Of a stretch of DNA of 64,000 nucleotides, positions 1 through 10,559 are shown piece after piece. The translations under genes and the position numbers were made by a program. Source of the DNA: Pavona decussata (taxonomy: Eukaryota); assembly GCA_977016875.1 (NCBI GenBank), contig CDRNST010000038.1, positions 1,550,001 through 1,614,000 on the forward strand, given 5' to 3'. Under the pieces are notes generated by a model. That model was not told the DNA's origin, did no database searches, and was given only the letters and a program-made list of their open reading frames with translations. The stretch's first letter is position 1, and each line of letters begins with the position of its first letter.

Positions 1-814
1 ACCCAAGCCCTATTTACCGGAATTCATTTGAAAACCTTCAATTTCAAGGTTATCAAGATAACTTCCTGACTTTTCTCTGACCATAACCAGTTTTTACTGA
101 CCACAAAAAAGAAATTCTTCACCAATAAAGCCAGAGATGAAGCCACAGAGATAGATTCCTTCGTAGATGCCTTTTGAAACAATATTACCTTTCCCAGATC
201 TAGTGGCTATCCTAAAAAACAAAAATCCCTGACTTTCCTAAAACTTCCCTGGTTCTCGGGCACGGACACTAGTCTGAACATACACTTTTTTGGTGCTTGA
301 GAAAAAATCTCGGCACTAGCTCAAGGGGGAGTATTTGGGCACTGGAGCTGATGTGAACAGGATTTGTCAGTTCCCGTACTTTTTCCCCACGCCTCCTGGA
401 GATGTAGTAAATAAAGTGGCAGGCAATAAATGGATGAGCGAAGAAATGATTGTTCCTTGGACATTAAGGATGTCTGAGCAACATCCTTTTCAGTGCCTTG
501 CCACAGGGCTTAGGCCCTAATCAGACTAGATGCCCGTGCTGAGTAAGCAACATGACATGATAAGGAGACCAACTTACACTGATGAACCAACGCGGCTCAA
601 GGCTGTTGCCCAAGAAAATTTTATGGAGCCCACAAGGTGAAAAGCCAAGAAGTTAGGAGCCCAACATGTGAAGTTTTAGGTGTGGCTACAAAAAGTTTAG
701 GTGCCCCAAGCATTTTCTTGGGCACCCCAGGCTACCAGGATCCTGTAAGGCTGCAGCCTTGCACCTCCATTTCATTTTGTAGTGGTACATGTACATGTAC
801 TTCCTTGCAATTAC

Positions 815-972
815 CTTTGTTTCTCTTGATTTTTTTTCTGCTTCTGTTCGTGTTTGAGCAGCATCTTAGCCAGGAAGTCCTGCAAACTCGGCCCTTTTTT
901 GATCAGCTCATCCAGACTGCGGTAGTTTGATGAATCTCTCGCAAACGTCTGGTGACGATCACTGATAAGGTG
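815..972 (-). CDS. DBF4: DBF4 exon 6 (HLISDRHQTFARDSSNYRSLDELI..., second half of the zinc finger); gene continues past the left edge
   Basis: CTTTCCCTGTAG acceptor, GTAATT donor; H-x5-H zinc ligands; no stop codon reached. Confidence 0.9.
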
Positions 973-1177
973 CTACAGGGAAAGAATGTAAAACAGTAAA
1001 AACAATGGCTTTCGTCTGGAGAATCCAAATCATCTAATGCCAGTTAATATATGTTTACAGTATCAATGCTGTAAATGCAGAATGAGCTGATAAATCGATT
1101 TGTCTCACAATAACAAATAATTTGTTGAGAAGAAATACGTTTAACCAACTTACACAATTTTACATTTTAGTTCGTCT

Positions 1178-1665
1178 GTCAAGACAGACTTATATGCAGA
1201 TATAAATGTTTGAAGTATATAAAAACTGTTCAATTGAGGCCTTACGCTGCTGTTTAAAAACTAAAAACTGAAATCCAAGCTTTCACCGATCAACGGCGAA
1301 AGCTTGCATGATGATGCCGTTGATCGGCGAAAGCTTGGATTTCAGTTTTTAGTTTTTAAACAGCAGCGTAAGGCCTCAATTGAACAGTTTTTATATATTT
1401 TTAACCAGTCAAGTCAAGACAGACTTATATGCAGATATAAATGTTTGAAATATATAAAAACTGTTCAATTGAGGCCTTACGCTGCTGTTTAAAAACTAAA
1501 AACTGAAATCCAAGCTTTCGCCGATCAACGGCGAAAGCTTGGATGATGATGCCGTTGATCGGCGAAAGCTTGGATTTCAGTTTTTAGTTTTTAAACAGAA
1601 GCGTAAGGCCTCAATTGAACAGTTTTTATATATTTTTAACCATGCTGCTGAAGGACAACATGAAC
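1178..1665. mobile_element. Tandemly duplicated (~235 bp x2) foldback unit with a decayed minimal hammerhead motif at each hairpin apex; Penelope-like terminal remnant in a DBF4 intron
   Basis: ~85-bp inverted arms; TGATGA-TGCCGTTGATCGGC-GAAAGCTT at 1309-1336 and 1544-1571. Confidence 0.6.
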
Positions 1666-1726
1666 AGATTATAAATGTTTGAGTTGATAGTTAAAGGTAA
1701 ACTGGCCACCATGGAGCGATTTGAGT

Positions 1727-1760
1727 GCTGACGTTTGGAGCGTTAGCCCTTCGTCAGAGC
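1727..1760 (-). ncRNA. Minimal type I hammerhead ribozyme remnant (Penelope-type), GAAA mutated to CAAA
   Basis: Reverse complement reads GCT-CTGACGA-AGGGCTAACGCTC-CAAA-CGTC-AGC; related copy at 40797-40831. Confidence 0.6.
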
Positions 1761-1846
1761 AAATAACGATTCGCTCTGACAAAGTGACTAATGACTTATT
1801 AATCTTTTTGTTTAAAAATAAAGTTTGCATTTCAGAGATCTCTTAC

Positions 1847-1925
1847 CAAGTCTAGGTCCTCATAATGAATGCAACAGCACTCACAATATCCTTTCTTCTT
1901 GTTCTTCTCTTCTCTTGTTGGTTTC
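1847..1925 (-). CDS. DBF4: DBF4 exon 5 (KKKGYCECCCIHYEDLDL, motif C zinc finger, first half)
   Basis: Manual translation; TCTTTAAG acceptor, GTAAGA donor; DBF4-type zinc finger GYCECC. Confidence 0.92.
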
Positions 1926-2677
1926 CTTAAAGAAGTATTTAAAGTACATGTACTGAAGTTAATCTTTTATAGCTGTTGAACTTAGAAGTGGTAAATATAG
2001 CAGTTTTGATAATTATTTTTTGATCGTGCTGTTAATGTAGCAGAGAGAACTATCTTTAGTCATAATTGCTGGCTAAAGTGATACAAAGTTGGCAAAAGAT
2101 AGTATACAACAATCACCTTCAGAACATACACATGTAACCTTAACAGCAAAAAACTACTTTTATTTTTTTTTTATGTTAGGCTGTAAAGTGGTTCAGTACA
2201 TTTGAATCTGTGAATGTAGCATTAGTACCCTCCCAGACTGCAGTTTAGTTTTAGGGAAAAGATTTTGGGTAAAATAATTTTGGCATTTTTCCATCAAGGT
2301 CTTGATTTTGGGCTCCCTAAGGAATGAAAGGGATTAATGATTGATGTAGGTATTTTAATATTAGTTACAACAATTTGTGGGTTCCTCAAAACAACTTTCT
2401 GTAACTTTAATACAATGATGCTGTCAACCATCTCTTTAAGTATGTACAGTGGAACCTCCATTTAACGAAGTGCCAAGAGACTAGGGGGATTGGTTTGTTA
2501 TACAGAGGGTTCATTATCTTGAGGTTCTGTTCCATACATGTTAAAAGGTGGGGCTGGAGAATATTGTTTGTTATACCGACGGCTTCGTTATATAGATTTG
2601 TTAAATCATGCTTTCACTGTATTGATGCTGTGCTACAAGAAGAACCAAAATGTAGATCAAAATGAAATAACACATAC

Positions 2678-3160
2678 CTCTTAGTTCTGTCACGCTCCTC
2701 ATGATCATTTTCCTTATCGATCTTCGGCGAATCAAACGGACAACTCCCCGGTGGACCATCAAAATAAATCTTTGGCCATTCCTTGAGCTCATGAACCAAT
2801 GGCTTGTAGCAGCGACTGTGATCTTCAACCTTGATGAACGGAGCATAAAGCTTTCGCACTTTGGGTTTGACGCCCTGTTTTACCACTCGCCCTGAAACTA
2901 GTGGTTTGGATGATGGCTTCTTCTCCACACTACCATACTTTGCCAACTTCTCCAGCATCTCCTCCAGTTGAACAATTTGCAGACCCCAGTTTCTTGCATT
3001 GGCAATGACATTGCTGCTGCCATACTTACACGTAACAGCCGCTTGCGCTGCAAGAGCTTTTCCTCGTACGTTGTGTTTAGCAGGAGCTGTTCCGGTTTGT
3101 TCTGCACCACCAGAGTCTGCACTTAAGGGAGACGGCACAGCTGAACCTTTTGCTGATGAA
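2678..3160 (-). CDS. DBF4: DBF4 exon 4 (RGKAL, SNVIANARNWG and motif M PFIKVEDHSRCYKPLVHELKEWPKI)
   Basis: ORF 2614..3165; phase-2 acceptor (weak pyrimidine tract) and GTATGT donor; Dbf4 motif M. Confidence 0.9.
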
Positions 3161-3340
3161 CTCAATTTTTTAATGGGAAAGGAAAAATATATAAATCACA
3201 AATGTTAACCCTTTAAGCCTCAAAATCAACTTGTATTTTCTTCTTACTGTTCTCAATAATATTTATTTGTGGTTTAAGTCAACATAAAAAGTATAAGTCC
3301 ATTGAGGATAACGTTTTTACTTTCATTGAGAGCTACAGTA

Positions 3341-3810
3341 ATACATTTTTTGTGAGTTTGGGAGTTTACTAAATCATTTTAGTATACACTAAAATAGTTT
3401 CAGGAACCATTGCTTCGAGAGGTTTTTCTCCAGGTACTCCTTTCTCTTCTCCTCAAAAACCAACATTACCAAATTCCAACTCGATCTGGATTATTGTCAA
3501 ACACTTTATCATGAGCCTCTGGCTCGGGAGACTGCGCAAGCACTCCTCATAAATTAAATTTACTTTGAGAGTTCAAAGCTAATACTTTTTTTGTGAATTT
3601 GGGAGTTTACTATATCATTTTAGGATACACTAATATAGTTTCAGGAACCATTGCTCCGAGAGGTTTTTCTCCGGGTACTCTGGTTTTTCCCTCTCCTCAA
3701 AAACCAACATTTCCAAATTCCAATTCCATTTTGATTATTGTCAAACACTTTATCACGAGCCTATGGCTTGGGAGACTGCGCAAGCACTCCCTGTCTTATT
3801 GACATTAAAT
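3341..3810 (+). repeat. Local tandem duplication (~240 bp x2) that includes a SINE body/3' fragment
   Basis: Two similar units at about 3341-3565 and 3582-3810; the fragment GGTTTTTCTCCGGGTACTC...AAAAACCAAC is also in the SINE at 43020-43240. Confidence 0.75.
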
Positions 3811-4120
3811 TTGATTATTTATTATTTATTGATTTATTAGGTGAATCAGTTTTCTGAATGTCACACATTCAAACACTAAACACAGACACACAACACGGAT
3901 CATTCTTCACATACCCCACTTTAAAATAATAATAATAAAAAAAAACTTAAGCTACTGAGTGGCACTTTCTTTGCATAACTTTATTAATCAGCACCTTATT
4001 TTGGGAGTACTCAAATACATGTAGATTGAATCTTACAAACAAGCTTTACACTGGTATATTTTCAACCAAAGCCCCCTCCCTCCCAACCCACAAAAAAATG
4101 TTCAGTTACCAATGTTTTAC

Positions 4121-4263
4121 CTTTTAGTGTTTCCAGGAAAAGGGCTTGGTATTGATAAGATGGGACTTGGTGTAGAATTGCTCCGTGGAGAGCAACGCGT
4201 GTCCACATCTTTTTTGTTTGTGACCACACAGCTGATATCCTTACTAAGAAATTCCTCCACAGT
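4121..4263 (-). CDS. DBF4: DBF4 exon 3 (TVEEFLSKDISCVVTNK, rest of motif N)
   Basis: Manual translation; TTTGGCAG acceptor, GTAAAA donor; typical Dbf4 GG-VEEFLSKDI..VTN motif. Confidence 0.9.
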
Positions 4264-5482
4264 CTGCCAAAGAAAAGATAGGACATGCAGTCACAAGTCA
4301 AAAAGTCAAACAGAGTTGACCACTATGAAGTGCTAATTTTATTGTGACAATCAGAAAAGCAGGTAGACAGAATGTTCAGGGGTTTCATTAAGATTTTGAA
4401 CAGGCAAGTGAGAGGTCAGGTCACTTGGGAAGAAAAGTTAACTTGGATGTGTTCTTCTATGGTAAATATTAGTGAAGATTATAATACCAGCCAGGCAAGG
4501 TCATGTTTGGGTTTCATTACGTTTTGAAGTAGGGGGCACCTAAAGGAGAGTAGCTGGGCAGAAAATTACACTTGAAGTGAATTTCTTTATGTTCAGTTTG
4601 AAAGTAGGCAGGTACTGACTCTTGTGTATCCTGCTAGTAACTGGTACCCGGGTCCCGCCTTCTAATGAGAACCCTGCTGAATCTTGTCCTACAACCGTTC
4701 AGATGAGGAATAAAACCACAAGAACAAGCCACCAAGATAAATGTCTTGAACACTTATTGTAAAAAATGGTGTTTGTTTTGACAATTTTGTAATATTATAA
4801 TTATGTTTGAGATATTGGAGAATTGAACAAACTGAACTGATTATTTTTGTCTAGAAACTGAAATGATTCAAGCAAAACATGAATGATTTATTTTTATAGT
4901 ATGTTTGAATAGAAACAAAAGGAATAACCAGGGTATCAGGCACTCTTTTGGCTTCTATATTAAAGTAATGCAAGATTTGTTTAACGAATAACATCTTTCA
5001 TGGTACACACATGAATGTTTCATTGTAGAAGTGGGTGCATTGTGTTCTTACAAAAAATATCCATACCCCTCCAACTATGTGGAAGGTATTTTGGTTCGGA
5101 CTCCACCCATGCAGAAATTCCAATTTAATATACCAAAACAAAATTTTGGCTTTTTTATATCTGATCGTTTGAAAGGAAAACCTGTAAACTAGTTTGGGGC
5201 AGATTATCTCACTTCCCTTAAAATGACAAATTTCCTTTTTTTCCACTGGATCTAGCTGAATGTTAGACTACAAAATAGTCATATCCTTATGTTGGTTTGT
5301 TATATGAATGTGTGTGGTCTTTAAACATAAGGTCTGGAGTGTGGGACTGGGGAGACACACGTTTGTGAGGTGTGTGAACAAAGCATGGAAGGATCCAGTG
5401 CTTCACACTTATCGATAAGGAGAAAAAGGACTGTTTTGCATTCTAGCTGAAAGTTTACTTTGCAAACTTTATAACGTCTTAC

Positions 5483-5616
5483 CCCGCCTAACTCTCTGAT
5501 CCGTTCTTGTAAGCTGTTAATTTTTCTATAACCTTGAAGATCCAGATAGTATGTCCGACCTTTCAGTGGTTTATCATTCTGGAACTCCAGCTTCCTCTTG
5601 CCCCTGGGACTCAATT
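5483..5616 (-). CDS. DBF4: DBF4 exon 2 (start of motif N / BRCT-like: KPLKGRTYYLDL...IRELGG)
   Basis: TTTTCAAG acceptor, GTAAG donor; sequence resembles Dbf4 motif N. Confidence 0.9.
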
Positions 5617-6340
5617 CTTGAAAATGGAACGAATATAAAACATATTATTTTCAAATGCAATGTATATGTCTGTTATTAGTTTATTATGATATGGATTTTA
5701 GTACTGTAAATAGAACACGTAATAATTCAGTCGAAAGACTGCAATGAGCTTTTAAATGTGAATAAACAGAATAAACAGATTATCAAAAAAATATTTTAAA
5801 TTTTACTAACTTTATTCTTATTTGGCTGAGCATACATAAACAATAATATTGTTATACATGCACCACTATCATACTAACCCTCTTCCAAAAACGGCTTAAA
5901 ATGAATCATAATATTAATCACCATGCACACACTGACACACACCTGGGCTTCATATAACGGTTACTGTTTTAAAAGGCAATCAAAGGTCGAAGCATGCAAG
6001 CAACCACCATGCTGGCTCCAGAAGTTACATCTATAAAACTACGTTTTGACTGAGTTTTAAGAATGTCTTCAACACCACCAAGATTATAAGAACACTTCGA
6101 GGTTTGTTAATAGTTAATCAAATTGTAGAAAAGAAATCTCTTTATGCAATGATAATTTATTCAAGTGACACAGTGCACTAACGACATAACAATAGAACTT
6201 CGCAATGAATAAAGCGTCTTTCGCACGTTAATTCGCGTCGACTGAAGGATCAAAAACACACCATTTTAACGTTACTAAATTGCCCAGGACTTACGCAAAT
6301 TGCAGTTACAAAGTTTAATTTATGTTTCTGTGATACTTAC

Positions 6341-6443
6341 TGTATTTTTTCGACAGATCATTCACAGATGGAGTCTTCGTTCGACGTCTAGGGCTTCGAC
6401 GAAGAGCATTCACAGGAAACGACGCACGTCTGTTGGAAGACAT
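6341..6443 (-). CDS. DBF4: DBF4 (CDC7 kinase activator), coding exon 1: MSSNRRASFPVNALRRSPRRRTKTPSVNDLSKKY
   Basis: ATG at 6443, open frame, GTAAG donor at 6340; phase 1 matches the next exon. Confidence 0.75.
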
Positions 6444-6603
6444 ATTTCTGGTTTGTTACCAGGACGATCGCCCTAAAATCTCTCCCGGTGAAAGATTATT
6501 TTATAGGAAAACTACTGATGTCGAACAATAGGAACCATTCGGCAGGGAAACCGGAAAATAACACGAGCTGTTGTTCATAAATTTCAGCTGTTTCACATGT
6601 CGA

Positions 6604-6663
6604 TTTCCCGGGTTTCGAAATGAATGCCTTTTTCATACCTGTTTTTCATGCAAGCGCGGGAAA
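6604..6663 (-). promoter_or_regulatory. Putative cell-cycle promoter elements of DBF4: E2F site TTTCCCGCGC (6654-6663) and a CHR-like TTCGAA next to TTTCCCGG
   Basis: Matches the E2F consensus TTTSSCGC about 210 bp upstream of the ATG; DBF4 is a known E2F target in other animals. Confidence 0.55.
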
Positions 6664-8967
6664 TCCCATCGTGCGTTGCGGTCTTGATTTCTTTGATTGA
6701 CCGCTGTGCAATAAAACGAGCCCGTTTCCGGCAGAAATTTCTTCAGGTTTGGAAGTCGTGGACCATAAAAAGATTTACAAATTGTCCATTTTACATCAAG
6801 GAAATCATCTGAAAAGGTAATTGTTATTGATTGTTACGTTCCCATCCATGTTTTATTGAAGCGCTTTTCAAAATTGAGACCTTTGGCGAGTCTAAAAAAA
6901 AATTCTGAGGTCGCTCAGTTCTCCACACCCCCAGGGTTTAAAATTTAAAGAACCTAACAACAGAAGTTGTCTGAATTCCTTCCCAGAAATGAAAAAAACG
7001 TCGCTATTGTAGTAATTCTAAGTAGACACAAAACCCCTAGAGAGTCTCCTACATTATTGAAAATGGCGTGAATTTAATGGGGTGCAAACGTTAGGGGGGG
7101 GGGGGGGGGTGAGGATGGAAGCTGGTGACAGGAGACATCGGATTCTGTAGAAACATTTTTCTCTTTATCAACAACTAAGTCTGCGTTTTTAAAGTGCTGA
7201 AACTATTTATTATTTGTCATGGTCAGTCTGGTGGTAACACAGTAGCAGACTAGCTGCAGGGGATATTAACCATGTAGAAGTGAAGCTCATAGGGATTGTC
7301 TCAGCCTCTTAGGTAGTTTTGCAAGGTGCCTATTCTGCAGAGTAGCAAATTTCAGGATTGCAATTGCCCATAGAGAGAGACAAAAATTTCAACCAATGTT
7401 AAACCAAAACCAATCGTTTTCCTGCATCTTCGTTTTCTAACATTCAGTTGAAAAGCTCCCTATTATTGTGACTACACCAACTGTTTGAAACTATTCTAAT
7501 ATGGTGTCCGGTAACCTGGTTGGGAAGGGAGGGGGGGGGGGGAGTGAGACACTCCTTAAAAGTTTGGATGGTTATTCGGCTTTTCACACCAAAATGGATA
7601 AAAAAATGCATTACTTTATAGAACACTTTCTTAGGTGCAAATGGGAGATGGCACATTTGACTGATTTTCCCCAGGGGATCAATGTTTAATAATTCTTATA
7701 TTAAGACAGTCAATTAAAACTATTATTCATCTGATTTTAAAGAGAAGTATAACCTGTGATGCAGTCAGTTTATTTGTGAAATATAATTTACTTTGTTTTT
7801 TTCTAAATAAATTGAATCATTCTCACCAAAAAATAATTATTAATTATTATAGTACATATGACATTATTAATTATTATTAGTATATATGACAACAATCCCA
7901 GAAATCGGACAAAATTAGCATTGTTCAAAACCTGGGAATTTTCTTATAATCTCACATTCATAATTACAATTAGACCAAACCCTCTTTTTTTCTCTGTTTG
8001 CTGTTGTTTGACCGAACCAAACCTGAAACTAATGTATATTCTTGCTGCATTTGAATGAAAGCTTAAATAGGGAAGTGAAGACACCACCTTCAGCTACAGT
8101 AGAGTATTAAAAAATCCTTAATGAACTGTATGACATCAATTTTTTTGCACAATACACCTTGCCTGTCATTTGGTTCTATGGTAACTATGTTGTAGGTTAA
8201 AATGTATCTCAGGTTAAATGATCTTAACCCAGGTTGATTTGTATTTTCCTTTGTTTCAGATGTAAATTACCCAACCTTCTCAAATATCTGATCAACTGAC
8301 CCAAAATTAGGAAATAGCAACAACAGTCAACAGAGAAAAAGTAAAGTTAGCCTGAAAGAATATAAATCTGAACGTAACAGAAGAACATTGTATTAACCGA
8401 AACTAATTTAGTTTTAGCTTACGTAGAGACGTTCTTTGTGCTTGTTGTCATTGCATAGCATTCCATATGACTTTTCCAGAGAACTTCTTGTTGGGAAGCT
8501 AACCTATCATATTTTCCTTCTGTCAAGGTCCATTTTAACTTGTACAATAAATGAACCTCAAAATACACGTATTTACAGAGGATAAACTACAAACTATACA
8601 ATAGTCTTAACTAATAATTAAATATTGACAATAATATAACTCCATTTCTGAACAAAAGCAAACTAGAATTAGTATAAAAGTGCATGCACGTTAGTTCTTT
8701 CCACCGTTCTAAACATGAACACTGGCAAATATAGATTTCTGCTGAATATAATATTATTTTCAACTGAGGACATTTATACCATAAACTGTTATCCTCCAAC
8801 ATGGTGTTACACTGGCAACATTTTAAGCAACTTGTCCATGCAACAAGCTTGAACCAAAAAATGCCTAGCATAAAATGTTTAGCTTGCATTTAACTTTTGC
8901 TGCAGCTGTGGTTAGATTGGCATACAGATGTGCTTTCACACACTAAACGGGCCCTTAGTCAAAATGT

Positions 8968-9306
8968 GAGTTCTAAAGTGATGACGTCACAAAAACTAAA
9001 TTTATGAAATTATGGGATTTTGTTTGTATATTATTTTGGAAAGAGCATGACGAAAAACGCCTACTTGCCAAAAACCAGCATCTTATTGCAATTTGGGGGC
9101 GAGATATTACGTCTGTTATGCCCTGGTGACCTATTTGTATGGAGTCACCAGGGCATAACATAGCTAATATCTCGCCCCAAAATTGCAGTAAGATGCTAAT
9201 TTTTGGCAAGTAGGCATTTTTCGTTATGCTCTTTCCAAAATAATAAACTAACAAATCCCACAATTATAAAAAATTCAAATATTTGTGACGTCACACTTTA
9301 GAACTC
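8968..9306. mobile_element. MITE / foldback with long inverted arms
   Basis: TIR GAGTTCTAAAGTG(A)TGACGTCACAAA; internal arms are inverted over most of the length. Confidence 0.8.
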
Positions 9307-9602
9307 TATTACTGCCTCCTAATACAGAGCTTTTTTTGTGCAGTTTATGACTATACAGGAAAAGCAGATCTTAGCGAGGGCTATTGGAATCCACAAAGAA
9401 AATTATTGATGGTAGCCACCCATTTTTTGAGATTCAGCGAACATGTAATAATAAGCAACAATAATTCTAAAAAGCTTTGACATACATAAAATACCTAACA
9501 ATGTATGGTACTTTTCTTTTCCAAACTGAAGTGTAATTATCTCTGAAAAATGGGTGGTTATGTACACTCAATTTTTTATTTGCATTCCAAAAGTCCTTCC
9601 TA

Positions 9603-9897
9603 TAGACTGTTCACAGTCCCCCTATTTTCTGTGGGATTCTCGAGACTGGTACGCTTCGATGTTGCTGCCACCATCTTGGTTTGTAAAAGCGAACGCGATC
9701 TGGGGAGAGTATCTAAACTACCAAGGGGAGGGGAGCGGCCTCCCCCACTCAACTAAACCCCACGCCTGCTGCCCTTTGTAGTTTAGATGCTCTCCCCAGA
9801 TCGCGCTCGCTTTTACAAACCAAGATGGTGGCAGCAACATCGAAGCGTACCAGTCTCGAGAATCCCACGGAAAAATAGAGGGACTGTGAACAGTCTA
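9603..9897. mobile_element. Non-autonomous DNA transposon with TAG termini and a 9-bp TSD (Academ-like), nested in an older MITE (~9310-9975)
   Basis: ~115-bp near-perfect inverted arms TAGACTGTTCACAGTCCC...; flanks TCCTTCCTA / TCCTTGCTA; host element related to 42061-42458. Confidence 0.8.
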
Positions 9898-10124
9898 TCC
9901 TTGCTAAGATCTGCCTTTTTTACTGTCTTAAACTGGGCAAAAATATCTTTGCATTACATGTAATAGGTGCCAACCGTAAGAAATCTGAATTTCTCCAACC
10001 ATCCTGAGATGTGTAGAAAGAAAGTAGGCACAGTAACAACAGTAGGCACTGTCCTTTACTGATAAACTGATAAGAAGCTGGTTTAGACCTTACGCAAAAA
10101 TGGATGACATTTTCAAACATTTTA

Positions 10125-10360
10125 CAGTGCAAAGCACCTTACTGTGACCACCCAACAAATTTTTTTTACAAGTTAGCCAATCAGGATATCTTCCTCCTTG
10201 TTCATAAAATACAAAACGACATGTTTTCAATAATTCGTTGTTGGGTCACTTGCCTGTTGGACTTTGCAAGGAGGCATGACCGTTAATCAAATTTGCGTAT
10301 CCTGATTGGCTAACTTGTAAAAAAAATTGTTGGGTGGCCACGGTAAGGTGCGTCGCACTG
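10125..10360. mobile_element. MITE with ~60-bp imperfect TIRs
   Basis: CAGTGC...CACCCAACAA...GTTAGCCAATCAGGATA versus its reverse complement at 10297-10360. Confidence 0.75.
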
Positions 10361-10559
10361 CAGCATTCTTCTGTTTCCTTTCAAATTAACCTTACTAACC
10401 TCATTCTTGAGATCAAAAATCAAAAGAATATTTCACCAAGGCTAGTGAGGCTAAAGAATATTAAAATGTTAGTCACTTTTGCATAAGCGATTAAGGTCTT
10501 AGATGTGGCCAATAATATTATAAGTGCAGAAAATACAGTGTATTACAATACCTACCACC

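Noticed and set aside
430-480. C/D-box snoRNA-like ATGATTG...CTGA
   Set aside because: Imperfect C box, no terminal stem, antisense to the host gene; the region looks like a decayed SINE
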